From contig NC_043012.1 in NCBI RefSeq assembly GCF_006345805.1, positions 33,356,001-33,420,000 of the forward strand: DNA of 64,000 bases, written 5' to 3'. The notes beneath the pieces are model-generated. The model saw only the letters and a program-made list of their open reading frames with translations. It was not told the DNA's origin and did not search any database. The position numbers and the translations under genes were made by a program. Numbering within the stretch: the stretch's first letter is position 1; each line of letters opens with the position of its first letter. This DNA comes from Octopus sinensis (lineage: Eukaryota). Shown here piece by piece: positions 1 through 16,799 of this stretch.

Positions 1-10
1 GTGTCTCTCT

Positions 11-851
11 CGAGGGGGTACCCAAAAGAAACCGGAATTTTGCAATATTATTTTATTCACTTTGTTTCACATGTGTACACTTTTATCACCTTCAAACTAT
101 TCCCCATTTGAAGCAATACATCGGTCCAGGTGCGTTTTCCACTATTCGAAGCAGTGCTGGAACTCTTGCGAAGTGATGCCTTTTAGCGCCTCCGTCGTTT
201 TTTTCCCTTCATCTCTTCCACATCTGCAAATTCTGTTGCACCAGCTTTTGTCGCCATTGATGACCTTCGAAAAAAGGTCCAGATCTACTTCCAACTGTTC
301 ATTCAGTTCACGACACGCATTCAGTCGTGACTGCTTTTGATCTTCTGTGAGCAAGCGAGGCACAAATTTTGATGCAACTCTTTTCATTCGCTATTCCTCG
401 CTCAAAATTCGTTGACAAGAGCTCCAGAACACAGAAGCCACATCAACATGATCGTTAATTGTTCAGTGACGGTCCTCCAACATCAGTTCATGAATTTTCA
501 TGTTTTCATTCGTTCGGGAGGTCGACTGTCGCTTTGAATGAGGCTGGTCTTCACGCGACAAGTAACCATTCCAAATGCATGACAACAATTTGAAGCATGA
601 CAACAGTTTCGACGACCGTTTTCCCCAGCAGGAAACAGAATTTCATTGAAGCAAGATGTTCCTTTATTTCAGCCATTGCAAAAATCCACGAACATGGGAG
701 AAGCACTGCGAAACAAAGTGGCAGTACGACTTCAGTTGACACCGTCGTGCGGCAGACTGATGCCTGAGGGTCGCATCAAGTGGCGGAAGCCTGAACTACA
801 ACAGGTTTGTTCCCCAGAGAACGTTTCCTGTTACTTTTGGGTACCCCATCG
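11..851 (-). mobile_element. Internally deleted mariner-family DNA transposon with both TIRs
   Basis: TIR pair cgagggggtacccaaaagaaaccggaa (from 11) and ttcctgttacttttgggtaccccatcg (825-851). Minus-strand remnants MAEIKEHLASMKFCFLLGKTVVETVVMLQ (N-terminus) and VASKFVPRLLTEDQKQSRL...KVINGDKSW (first D of the DDD triad region). Confidence 0.9.
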
Positions 852-852
852 G

Positions 853-4270
<3,418 letters not shown>

Positions 4271-4313
4271 TCTATTTATCTAGCAAGCTATCCATCCATC
4301 CATCCATCCATCC

Positions 4314-4411
<98 letters not shown>

Positions 4412-4426
4412 ATATCTATCTATCTG

Positions 4427-4500
<74 letters not shown>
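4271..4500. repeat. (ATCC)n/(ATCT)n microsatellite, 3' flank of the Tx1 element
   Basis: Begins immediately after the polyA signal and short A-rich end. Confidence 0.97.
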
Positions 4501-4502
<2 letters not shown>

Positions 4503-5302
4503 AATAAGTGCGTGTATATGTGTATATATATGTATGTATGCATGAATGTATGTATGTAAAGTCTAAATGAGAGTCAAGAGTAACTAAAGATTCAGTTATG
4601 TCAATCTAAATATCGCAATTATGTGGGTATAAGTGTGTTTGTGTATGTATTTAAGTATGCATGTAGGTATGTATGTGTTATGCGTGTATATGTAAGTGTG
4701 TGTGTGTCTGTGTACGTTTGTACGTATGCGTGCGTGTGTATGGACGTACGTGTGAATGTTATCAATAAGAAAATTATACGCTATACATGAAGCTTCCTTC
4801 TAACGAACTCCCCTCATTACCATCACCACAACCACCACTGCTACCGCCAGCACCACCAGCACCACCGCCACCAGCACCACCAGCACCACCAGCACCAGCA
4901 CCACCAGCACCACCACCACCACCGCCACTGCAACCGTCATTCCCCAATACCCACACTCTCATTTCATTCTAATTTCTTGCACTAATAAAAAGTTATTAGA
5001 GAGATGTTGAGAAAATTGTGGCTAAACAATTGCTTTAAAGTCTATTAGTGCGCGCGCGCGCGCCCAGAGACAACACACACACACACGTGCAAATGATCTT
5101 TCAAGTCTCTACCAACGAAGCAGAGTTCTTGTCTTCGCCTCTTCTATGCCAAGAATGGCTCTGTAAGCAGTATCCTCATAGAAAAAGAAAGTTGATTTGC
5201 ATCCATCTCCATACCTCATACCCTTGGCCAATCTTTTTCCAAATTTACCGCCATCTACTCCAATAGGCTTCCTTCCCCGCACAGACAAGCAGTCAGGCAG
5301 GC

Positions 5303-5371
<69 letters not shown>

Positions 5372-5774
5372 ACACACACACACATACACACACACAGAGG
5401 TATGGAAATACCTCCAATAGCTTCAAAAGAACAGCGCAATCAACCTTGACATTGCCATTTTCATTATACATTAGCAACGCGCCTCAAAATTCGCTCAGAC
5501 ACTCATCAAAAGTTCTAAGCTTTCACTGTCTACTGAGATAAACTAAAAACGACTCCGACTCGGCCAGTTATCTTCCTATTGTTCTCACCTCTTGCATGTC
5601 TATGATAATTAATCCAAGAATTAATTATGACGCTGTCTAACATCTTGTCTTTCTTTCCTGTACGTGTTGACCAGCATTATTTTCAACAGAATGTTTGCGG
5701 CATCAAGTTCAGTGGTATGGGGATGGTCCCTTCCTACAGATCAACACGTGTATGGCTATGCTCTGTTGTAAGTA

Positions 5775-6095
5775 CAACATGTCCTTTGTCTATCCCCTTA
5801 ACTTCTTTGAGATTTTAGGTATAATTATACTAATCTGTCTAACTGTTCTAAGTTAATTATGTTCTATGTCATTGTGCAGCTGAAGATTGCTCTACATTTT
5901 AAATTGATGTAATGATTGTATTGTTCAATTAAATGGAGTTGCATGAAACGATCGTACTGCATTACCTCTGTATATTTTTTTTGCTTATTTTGATTTTAAT
6001 CTCCTTATTTTGAAATTGTATGGATAATACCGTACTAAATTCTAGTGCCTCAACTTAAGTACCATATTCATCTGAATCTAATTTTTGCTGAACTC
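5775..6095 (+). repeat. Dispersed repeat (second copy 61665-61985) carrying a hammerhead motif; probably Penelope-like-element related
   Basis: About 320 bp clearly homologous to 61665-61985 (shared gaaacgatcgtactgcattacctctg and gtgcctcaacttaagtaccatattca); (TA)n follows at about 6113. Confidence 0.85.
5874..5962 (+). ncRNA. Type I hammerhead ribozyme motif with long stem II
   Basis: GUGCAG-CUGAAGA-[58-nt AU-rich imperfect stem II]-GAAA-CGAUCGU-A-CUGCAU. Stem I GUGCAG/CUGCAU; palindromic stem III ACGAUCGU; GUA cleavage triplet. Confidence 0.7.
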
Positions 6096-6108
6096 ATCTA
6101 CCATACTT

Positions 6109-6157
<49 letters not shown>

Positions 6158-7235
6158 ATATATTATATATATATATATATATATAAACGACCGTGTGAAG
6201 GAGAGGTGACGATGAATGGTCGCTTACAATATATATGAAAAGGGTAAATGAGTATGAGTGCCAGAAGGAAAAGAGAGGCGACACAACTGGTAGAAGGTTA
6301 AAGAGAAGATTTTATTTAGGTGTTAACATGTGTGTGTCTGTGTGTGCGTCATAAGTACATATATAATAATAACAATAGACAGACCGTGTGTGCATTAAAA
6401 TACAGAGCATTGAAAGAGTCTATAACGGGACTTTAGAAGAATGTTCAGACACAAGGAAGATAAATACCAGTTCGTAGTCGAAGTACACGATAGTTGAAGT
6501 GCTGTAACAAGAAGTTGTGGCGAAGAAGTAAAGCCGGTTGAATCACATGTCGTGTAAGAAGTTGTGGCTACTATGCCGCTGCCGGCCACTTGATACAGGA
6601 AGATCTCGCAGGTTGTATTTGCTGTTAACCACGGTGAAGTAATTCACAAACAGTGAGGAGAGAGGACCTGGCAACGGTTGCTGTGTACGTAGAGATGTTG
6701 TTGACGATGTTAAGATGAAGGCGACGGAGATTGAGGTCCTGGTACCGCTGGACGAAGTGTTGATGTTTCTCCATGTGACTGCTGGTGTTGTCGCTAGAAC
6801 TGGGTGTGTGCTCTGTGGTCATTGGTTAGACCTTAGAAGATCTAGAACGAAAAGAGGAAATACGGTATTGAGACTAGCTTTTTTATACCGTTCTGTCGGC
6901 GCAACAGAAGTTTTCGGAGGTTGGCGAGAGAGATTGCTGGAGGTTTGTCGAGAGAGGTATTCGGAGATTGCGTGAGAAAAGCGTTGTTGAAGTGCTAAGT
7001 GAAATTTGGCAATCGAGGATCGAATCCACTTTATGCCTGCATGAAGCCACTACAAATACGTTGTGGAATAAAAAATTTACATATTTTCCATGACAGTCAT
7101 GGAAAATGTGTAGCTGTAAAAACGCAGAATTATCGGAGTAAAAGGCATTTAAAAAAGTATGTTTGTATAGAAATGTATGGATGAAGTCTTTAAGGTTTAA
7201 GATTCAAATCAAAGAAGTGCAATAATAATGTTTAG

Positions 7236-7394
7236 CAGGAGTGGCTGTGTGGTAAGTAGCTTACTAACCAACCGCATGGTTCCGGGTTCAGTCCCACTGC
7301 GTGGCATCTTGGGCAAGTGTCTTCTGCTATAGCCCCGGGCCGACCAATGCCTTGTGAGTGGTTTTTGTAGATGGAAACTGAAAGAAGCCTGTCG

Positions 7395-7429
<35 letters not shown>

Positions 7430-7645
7430 CTGTGTTTGTCACCCTAGCATTGCTTGACAACCGATGCTGGTGTGTATATGTCCCCGTCACCTAGCGGTTC
7501 AGCAAAAGGGACCGAAAGAATAAGTACTGGGCTTACGAAAGAATAAGTCCCGGGGTCGATTTCCTCGACTAAAAGGCGGTGCTCCAGCATGGCCGCAGTC
7601 AAATGACTGAAACAAGTAAAAGAGTAAAAGAGTAAAGAGTAAAGA
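7236..7645 (+). mobile_element. tRNA-head CORE-like SINE (family S1), full length, internal (TA)n(TG)n, (GTAAAAGA)n tail
   Basis: A/B-box-like head gtggctgtgtggtaag...ggttcagtccc; CORE-like cttgggcaagtgtctt; many copies in the window. Confidence 0.9.
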
Positions 7646-8250
7646 GTTCAAAACTGTGAGTAGTGAAATGCAGAATTAGGTCGGCTGATCGTGAGAATCA
7701 AATATTGTTCGCTTCGCTAAAAACTAACAACTGTAAATGCAGCTGCTATGGGTTATTTTCCTTGAGTGTTTTTTTTTTAAAAAACTTCATTATATGAGGT
7801 AGATATAAAGAGTCTTTCCAGATCCCGTATTATCGAGTTTTTCAACAATCTAAGTATGTCACGAGGTTTCCAGACATGAGTTTTTCTCGCGTGTTTACCT
7901 TCACCAAAATCAATAAAAAGATGTAGGAGGAGCTAGCTAACAACGCCACAAACAAACACACACCGGTTTTTCACATGTGTAGTAGATAATAATTACTGTG
8001 AAGCATTGTGTAGAATATATTGTGTAAAAGATCGTGGGTAAGGCCACGGTTGTTAAGTGGTAGTGGGGGACAAACATAGACATAATAACATACATAGATA
8101 TATATATACATACATACGTACATACATACATGCATACATACATACATACATACATATATATATGTGTGTGTGTATATACATATATACACACACACACGTG
8201 TGTATACACACACACACACGCACACACACACACACGCACACACACACACA

Positions 8251-8288
<38 letters not shown>

Positions 8289-8289
8289 T

Positions 8290-8600
8290 TCTTTACATAC
8301 CCCTTTTGGTCATGAATGACAATGGGATTGCACCTAGAAAGTTCTCCGACGAGGCACAAGTCCGGGCAAGGTTGTTTATGGAAGACCAGCAGTCACCCAT
8401 GCATACCAACATCCCCTCTCCATGCCACCGATGTTATCCAAGGGAAAGGAAAAGGCCGAAACGGCTTGGCAAAGTGACGTCACAACTGTAGTCACGCGAG
8501 AAGAAAGGTGTCTTGATAAGGAACACAACACACAACCCGGTCCGGGAATGGAACTGACTACCTCATGATTGTGAGCCCAGGGCTCTAACCACTGAGCCAA
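8290..8600 (-). mobile_element. tRNA-head SINE (family S4)
   Basis: Minus-strand head ggctcagtggttagagc...ccattcccggaccggg; related heads at 18790-18880 and 45130-45300. Confidence 0.65.
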
Positions 8601-8762
8601 ACACAGACATACACACAGACACACACAGACATACACACACAGACACACACAGACACACAGAGACATACACACAAACACACACACAGAGTATATTCACTCG
8701 TTATAATATGTATATCAAATATAGTATACAGGATATATGCTGTGCACTATATAAAATGTATG

Positions 8763-8793
<31 letters not shown>

Positions 8794-8830
8794 GTATGTA
8801 TGTATGTAAGTATGTATGTATGTATGTATG

Positions 8831-8861
<31 letters not shown>

Positions 8862-9338
8862 ATATATATAAATATATACATACATATATAAATACATACA
8901 TACATACATACATACATACCTACAGATATATATATATATCGTCATGTGGAACAATCGGCGCGTTAACATTGGTAAAAGACGATTTGTCTTAGAAGTATGT
9001 AAGTGAAAGAAAGATCTGACTGCGCTGATGGTTCGGTATTTAGTCTGCTGATATCGAAAAGATTGGAACACACAGACACACACAGACACACACAGACACA
9101 CACGCACATATACATAAACATATACACATATACATATACATAAACACACAAATATTTGTAATTATATATATGCGTGTGTGTGTGTGTGTATGTCTTTGCA
9201 TATGTGTATGTTCACTTTTATGCATGCCTATATGTATATGTGCATATATGTATGCATTTGTGTGTATATGTGTGTCTGCATATATATATATATGTCTGTA
9301 TATGTGTGTATGCATACATATGTGTATGCATACATATG

Positions 9339-9384
<46 letters not shown>

Positions 9385-10224
9385 TATATATTATATATAC
9401 ATGCATATATACATACATACACACACACACACATATATATATGTATATATGCATGTATGCATCTATTTATACATATGTATATATATATATATGTGTGTGT
9501 GTGTGTCTCTCTCTCTCTATATATATATATATATACACGCATATATATAATCATATTTACGTATGCTCTTTACTCTTGTAGTGATTACAGTATAATTTCT
9601 CTGTCTTCGAGGAAAAGAAAGCGATAACAGAAAAGGAACTCACTTCTACACCACACACACACACACGCGCGCGCGCGCGCGCGCAACGGTGCAGCGTGTG
9701 CTACAAATTATATCAACAAACACACAATGTACAGAACAACAATAAAAATAACAGCAATAAAAAAAGCATTAAACAAAAACACACAAATACGCAAAGAATA
9801 AAATAACAGTATTTTATGTTCTTCCTAAACCATTTTCATTTTTACCGATGCTTTGGAACAGGAAAAGAAAGCAACATAAACCCAAAAATAACGTAATTTC
9901 ATTTATTTCGGCAGTATTACATTTCGTTCGTATCGTGCCACCACAACCGGTAGCTTCGCGACCACCACAACCACCGCCACCATCGGCAGCACTCGCCACC
10001 ACCACCACCGTCAGCACCGGCACCATCGCCACCACGTCTGCCAGCACCATTATTATATACCGTAGTGTCTTTGAATCGTTAAGGGAATTCTTGGAGAAAT
10101 GAAACTTCGTTTAGTTGCGATTCTTGACAAAGCTGATATCATCATTGTATTTAATTAGGATATTTCTCAATAATGAACACCAGAGGGAGTTGCTGGCAAT
10201 TGTTGGCCAAATGTGATATAGCAA

Positions 10225-10545
10225 ATCACTTTTCTCTCTCTCTCCCTCTCTCTCTCTCCCTCTTTCTCATTCTCTCTCTCCCTCTCTCTCTCTCCCTCTC
10301 TCGCTCTCCTCTTTCTCATTCTCTCTCTCTCTCTCTCTCCCTCTTTCTCATTCTCTCTCTCCCTCTCTCGCTCTCCCTCTTTCTCATTCTCTCTCTCCCT
10401 CTCTCGCTCTCCCTCTTTCTCATTCTCTCTCTCCCTCTCTCGCTCTCCCTCTTTCTCATTCTCTCTCTCCCTCTCTCGCTCTCCCTCTTTCTCATTCTCT
10501 CTCTCCCTCTCTCGCTCTCCCTCTTTCTCATTCTCTGTCTCCCTC
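10225..10545. repeat. 36-bp pyrimidine-rich minisatellite, about 8 units
   Basis: Unit ctctttctcattctctctctccctctctcgctctcc; explains the (ENEKEGERERER)n pseudo-ORF. Confidence 0.9.
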
Positions 10546-11271
10546 TTTCTGTCGACCATCTTCACCTTTCACCACATCTTTTTCTTTCTGTCTCCTCTCT
10601 TTTGCTGTATTTACATTTTCTCACTTTCTGACTTTAACTCTTCCCCTTTCTTTCCTCTTTTTTTTACACTCTCTTTCTCATTTTCTCTTTCTCTCTTTAC
10701 TCTCTCCTTCTACTTGCTTCTTCCTCTCTCGTTAGTTACTCATTCCTTCCCTTTTCCTCTCTTTTCTTCCATTTTCTGTACTCTCCACTCTCTTTCTCCT
10801 TTCCAACCCTCTCCTCTCCACATAATACTATTTCCATAGAGTACACTTCACCTCTACTCACTTCTAAAACTCATTGTTAGTAGACATGCACAGTTTACGT
10901 GGCTTCCTTTCATCTACCCCCTTATACAAGCTCTAAATCATAAATTATTATTTTACTCAATCAGATAAATCGTTTCGCTAACGTCGTTTCCGAGTGTTTT
11001 TTTTTATTTTTAATATACATTTTCTTCTGAACAAAGACATTTTTTCAGTTTATATAATTTAGACTGTAACAATGCAAAAATAAACATCCATAAATGTATA
11101 CGACAAACTGTCCTTTTCGAAGGCAGTTAGCCTGTGGGTTATGCATTTAGCAGATTTGAAAGGCGAAGTTCTACGATATAAACTAAGTATTTTTAACCTA
11201 AGCGTAAACTCTCTCAGTGAGTAAGAAAAGGTAAACTCCGAAAAAACAAGCAATTGCTTCTTATCTTTTAC

Positions 11272-11728
11272 TTGTTTCAGTCATTAGACTGCGGCCATGC
11301 TGGGGTACCAGCTTGAAGAATTTTTAGTCGAATGAATCGACTCGAATGCTTTTGTTTAAACCCAGTTCTAAGGAACTCTTTTCGCCAAACCACTATTTTA
11401 CTGGGACGTAAATAGACCAACACCGGTTGTTAAGCGATGGTAGAATAGGGGTACAAACATAAGAACTATTTTCGCCGAACTGCTATTTTACTGGGACGCA
11501 AATAGACCAACACCGGTTGTTAAGCGATGTTAGAATAGGGGTACAAACATAAACACTAAGACACATACACGCAGGGTTTCTTTTAGTTTCGTCTACCAAA
11601 TCCACTCACAAGGATTTGGTCGGCCCGAAGCTATAGTAAAAGACACTTATCCATAGTGTCACGTAGTGGGACTGAACCCAGATCCATGTGGTTGGGAAGC
11701 GAGCTTCTAACCACACACCCACGCCTGG
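11272..11728 (-). mobile_element. S1 SINE with an internal 90-bp tandem duplication (11371-11460 / 11461-11550)
   Basis: Reverse complement of the S1 head and tail; two near-identical 90-bp units. Confidence 0.85.
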
Positions 11729-12045
11729 TTTATTCTGTAACATTATAAAAAATCACAAGCAAATAGCAATCTTCCTCTTTGGTTGTTGCCCTTGATCCAT
11801 GAGCATTTCGGTACCGATGCAGAGGAAAAACTCAACGTAGGGCTTATCACTCTTTCTAATTATAAAGACAAATATTACTGTCTTTCTTCATAGCAGTCGC
11901 AGAGAAACTACGAATATACACAAGGAACCATGGAGCCACAGAAAATAATTTACTATTACAAACAAATAACTTTTGTACGTTCAACGACGCGAGGACGTCG
12001 TTAATTTTATATTGCAACGACTGATATATAATCAGCTTAACGTCA

Positions 12046-12410
12046 GTGGAGGCGCAATGGCCCAGTGGTTAGGGCAGCGGGACTCGCGGTCGGAGGATCG
12101 CGGTTTCGACCAGGCATTGTGTGTGTTTATTGAGCGAAAATACCGAAAGCTCCACGATGCTCCGGCAGGGGGTGGTGGCGACCCCTATTGTACTCTTTCG
12201 CCCCAACTTTCTCACACTCTTTCTTCCTGTTTCTTCCCCGACCTCCTACGCAACCGCTGAGCCTGGATGCGCATTCATCCATCCGTCGATGCTCTCGGTG
12301 TCAGGGGTTGACCGGCTTCCTCTTCTGCGGGTCTTACGAATAGCAAAGGACCACGTTTCGGACTTCTCCCATCTTGCGAGCTCTGGGACGAAGACCGTTC
12401 GCTCAACAGC
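12046..12410 (+). mobile_element. tRNA-head SINE (family S2 head, divergent body)
   Basis: ggaggcgcaatggcccagtggttagggcagcgggactcgcggtc head; (ACAGCA)n tail. Confidence 0.8.
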
Positions 12411-13109
12411 AACAGCAACAGCAGCATCAAAAGCAACATCAATAATATCGCCACCATAGTCACAACAATGAAACCAACTATTACAAGCACATTCACAACC
12501 TCAAATTCGCAAAAAATCTCGAAAACTGGGATAAAGTGACGAGCAGGATGGCCAGTCTCACTTAGAAACGGGCCAAAAGGAAACTATCTCTGAAAAGACG
12601 AGCAGGGATGGTGAATGCTAACATCATCGCCATTATATATCCCCTCCTGATCATCTTTTGCCCCAGTTTCCGTCTGACCAGTTTAGAGCATCTGCACTTT
12701 TTTGTAAAAGGGATGCATTCCTCTGTTCAGGCAAAACGCTATTTTTTAAAATGCAATGATACGCTGATAGCGAATAAATTTCTTACTTTAAAAGAAATAA
12801 CTTATTACAAAAAATTAAACAACTCTCCATTCACATAAATCTCTTTAGAAATCTTACAAACAGATAATCTTTTTCTTTTTTTTATTATTACTTTTCCTAA
12901 AAAGTTACTTTTCAAAAAGGTAAGAATTGTCGTCTGTCTAGGAGGCGCATTCCTGAAGGTTTGAAACTTCTTTTTGTTGTTATGATGAAGAGACCAAGTG
13001 ACAGTGTGCCAAAAGACCTAAAACTACCGGGCAAAGTAAGTCCACGGGGACACCGATTATGGTCCTAGTTTATGTTTTATGTTTTATGTTTGTATATATA
13101 TATATATAT

Positions 13110-13665
13110 ATACATTAATGTAATAATTAATGTAATAATTTGAATTCGCCTTGAATGGTCCCTTTGCATACTGAACACTTGGTGAAATTGATTAATAATT
13201 AATTAATTTTGCCCTCAATTGTTGAAATTATAATTAATCTCCCTCTGATTAATGCTTCGGATTTTACCGAAATAAGCATAGTGTTTGATGATTTTAACCC
13301 ACGCTGGTGGAAAGGGGAGAACAGAGATTCTTCGCTTGCTTATTTGAATTTGTTGGCACTGTTAGTTACGAGCAGATCTTCGAAAGGGTATGTTCTTATT
13401 TTCAGTGTTTCCAAATCCAAACCAAGGAATTTCTGAGCTGATGATAGAAATGTTGTTTTTGACTAATCTTGAAACGTACGTTCTCAAATAACCTTAGCAT
13501 TTGATTTTTCGATGTCCTTACCCCCAAACTTTTGTGAGTTGAATTAAGCAAACACTATATATGAGAGAGATTTTCTTTAAGTATTGGAAATAGCTTTAAA
13601 AAAGTTTTTTAGCTGCTATTTCTAATGAGTTCAGTAGCGGCAAATTAATTTATTTTACTAAGCCC
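13110..13665 (+). repeat. AT-rich element between two (TA)n arrays carrying a hammerhead motif; probable Penelope-like terminal repeat
   Basis: Bounded by (TA)n on both sides; contains the hammerhead at 13434-13486. Confidence 0.5.
13434..13486 (+). ncRNA. Type I hammerhead ribozyme motif
   Basis: UGAG-CUGAUGA-[weak stem II AGA/UCU]-GAAA-CGUACGU-U-CUCA. Stem I UGAG/CUCA; palindrome ACGUACGU; GUU triplet. Confidence 0.7.
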
Positions 13666-13668
13666 TTT

Positions 13669-13773
<105 letters not shown>

Positions 13774-13972
13774 ACACACAACGGCTTCTTTCAGTTTTCC
13801 TCTGTGAAATTCTCTCACAAGGCTTTGGTAAGCCCATAGCTTTAGTAGAAGACACTTGCGCGAGGTGCCACGAAGTAGGACTGAACCCGGAACCATGTGA
13901 TTGGTAAGCAAGCTTCTTACCACACAGCCACGCCTGCATCTATGTTGTATATGATGTATATATAATGCCATC

Positions 13973-14003
<31 letters not shown>

Positions 14004-14133
14004 TTGTATGGAGAAAAAAACATTCAAAAACTAATATATATTTTGCTCTATTAAATGTTTGTTCTCAATATTGCTTGAGCTTTTTTGAATAATAATGATA
14101 ATGATGATAATAATAATAATAATAATAATAATA

Positions 14134-14216
<83 letters not shown>

Positions 14217-14755
14217 TATAATAATAATAATGATAATAATAATAATAATAATAATAATATAATAATAATAATAATAATAATAATTAATAATAATAATAAT
14301 GATAATAATAATATAATAATAATAATAATAATAATATAATAATAAAATAATAATAATAATCACCGTCATCGGTAATAAAATATCCATTACAACAAAGTGT
14401 GATAAGGAGAAGATAAATTTTCCTCTGTTAATTCAATAATAATAATGGAATTATGTGTTTTCAACTTCTGTTTAGACTTTTTCAGTCTGTATATATCTTT
14501 GGCATTCAACTTCTTTCGGTAATACAGTGTTGCGTTCTTAACAAATACAAGAATCAGGAAAGCTATTTTTGATTCTTTCAGAATTACATTAATTAATGCT
14601 GTAATCTTTTTCTCGTAAAGTACACGAGATCCAAATATGTTTATTAATCTGATTGTTCATCTAAACAATATTTTAAATTAATTACTATGAATAATAATAA
14701 TGATGATAATAATAATAATAATGATAATAACAACAACAACAACAACAACAAACAA

Positions 14756-14808
<53 letters not shown>

Positions 14809-14981
14809 ATAATAATAATAATAAAAATGATAATAATAATAAATTGGGCTTCGTATATTTTACCCCAGTGTCACTTTGATAGCATGAACTGCTCTCTCAC
14901 TCAATAATAATAATAATGATAATACTAATAATGATGATAATAATAATACCAACAGCAGCAGCAACAACAACAACAATAATA

Positions 14982-15479
14982 ATATGCCAGACAGTGGCTC
15001 TCATCTTAACGGATTGGAAGTGTTTTCATGTACATATTTTGTCTTTGTATGAAAGATGGGCTACAGCAAATATTCTGCTCAATACCACAGATTTGCTTGT
15101 CAGTTGCTTGACCATAACCAATTGAGCATGTCCTTTAGTGGCTGACGATATGTGTATCTCTGATCACGAGCAGAAGCAGTGGGGGAGCATCATAGCCGTG
15201 TGTTGAGAGGGATTCTTTGGGATTTGAATAATTCACCTTTGGAAACATGGGTGTTTCGTTCAACATCCTTAAACAGCCCTTATTCAGGAACCTTTTGAGC
15301 GGGATGGGCTACTCGACCAGAAGAAAATTCTAACTGGGCCCCACCTGCAAGGTCATGCACTGTTTATCTTGATATGAGATCACCATGTCGCGCACATATG
15401 GTTGTGATGTATGTGCTTAGTGTACCCTTATCAGACGGGTAGTCATGATGGGTATACTGAGCTTCGTATATTTTACCCC

Positions 15480-15480
<1 letters not shown>
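14982..15480 (+). mobile_element. ~550-bp non-coding (TAA)n-associated element
   Basis: Reverse complement of 27471-28020; (TAA)n on both sides; extra 3' fragment at 14845-14904. Confidence 0.85.
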
Positions 15481-15530
<50 letters not shown>

Positions 15531-15531
<1 letters not shown>

Positions 15532-16029
15532 ACTTTTCAAAAACGTGATACGAACATAAACCTGAAGTCATCATCGAAAATGATAATGCTAAGATCCTAT
15601 GGGATTTTATGATTCAGTGCGACCATGAAATAGAGAATAGGAAACCAGACATAGTGTTAATTGAGAAAGAAAGCAAACGATCATAGATATAGCATGCCCA
15701 GTTGACAACAAGGTATGCGATGAGGAAGAAAGAAAAGTCGATAGATATGACAGGTTAGCTTGGGAGGTTAAGCAGTTGTGGTCGCTGAAAAAGGTGGTAG
15801 TAATAACAGTAATTGTCGGAGTCCTGGGAACAATGAGTAAAAATCTTGAGAAGTATACGGAACAAATAGGGGCTGCAATAAGGGTGGAACGCTTACAGAA
15901 AATAGCACTGCTTAGAACCGCTCGAATACTCCGGATGGTGTTCGAAAATAAGGGTTGTTATCTTTGTTCACTGGTAGTGAACAGCTGGCACCGTAGTACA
16001 TCTCCAGCGTTAGAAGCTGTGCAAAGGAA
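15531..16029 (+). mobile_element. R4/Dong-type non-LTR retrotransposon 3' fragment (RLE endonuclease) in (TAA)n
   Basis: YEHKPEVIIENDNAKILWDFMIQCDHEIENRKPDIVLIEK...IACPVD...W...VIVGVLG...LQKIALLRTARILRMV; (TAA)n on both sides. Confidence 0.9.
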
Positions 16030-16077
16030 ATAATAATAATAGTAATAGTAATAAACATAATAACAACAACAATAATA

Positions 16078-16121
<44 letters not shown>

Positions 16122-16279
16122 TAATAATAATTCTTTACTACCCACAAGGGGTTAAACAGAGAAGACAAACAAGGACAGACAATGGTATTAAGTCGATTAC
16201 ATCAACCCCAGTGCGTAACTGGTACTTAATTTATCGATACCGAAAGGATGAAGGGCAAAAAAAAAAAAATAATAATAAT

Positions 16280-16564
16280 GAAACCCCAAAATGGCAGAAA
16301 TTCAAAAGATAGTGCTCATGGGAACTGCTCATATCCTACGCAAATACTTTCTATGTAATCTCAAGGTTTAAAACAAACATAATTTTCGGTTTACAAAAAA
16401 AAAAAAAACTTTTTTTAGACATTCATTAGTACAACCCCCCCCCAAATATATGGCACACTAGACATAACAACAACATGAACTTCCAACCCTGTTGTCTCTT
16501 GAGGTCTCTGGGTGAGACTTGGAGCCAACTTGTACAAATATAAAGCAAAAGTCAAACATAGAAT
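16280..16564 (+). mobile_element. Second R4/Dong-type 3' end (different subfamily) in (TAA)n
   Basis: KMAEIQKIVLMGTAHILRK followed by a 3' UTR ending in TAA repeats. Confidence 0.75.
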
Positions 16565-16799
16565 GATAATAATAATAATTGCCCTGATGCAATACCAGAC
16601 ACTGACTCTCATAGCTTCTGATCTTAACTTATTAGAAGTGCTATTGTTGTAGTGAAAATGTACTCCCCTTTCCACGTGACGATGCCACTATAAGTTCAGA
16701 GAGACGGAGGAGTAACAAACATTTTTGTTGTGCATATTTTACGAAAAATCCGTAAAATTATAGCAAACTTGTTAGAGGGTCTAGTCGAGGTGCAAAGAC

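Noticed and set aside
4774-4972. Gly/Ala- or Pro-rich ORFs resembling collagen or formin
   Set aside because: Short (GCACCACCA)-type simple repeat with no flanking coding context.
7236-7310. tRNA-like heads with A/B boxes (many copies)
   Set aside because: SINE heads continuing into SINE bodies; no complete cloverleaf, so not called as tRNA genes.
10167-10631. (ENEKEGERERER)n ORF
   Set aside because: Translation of a 36-bp minisatellite.
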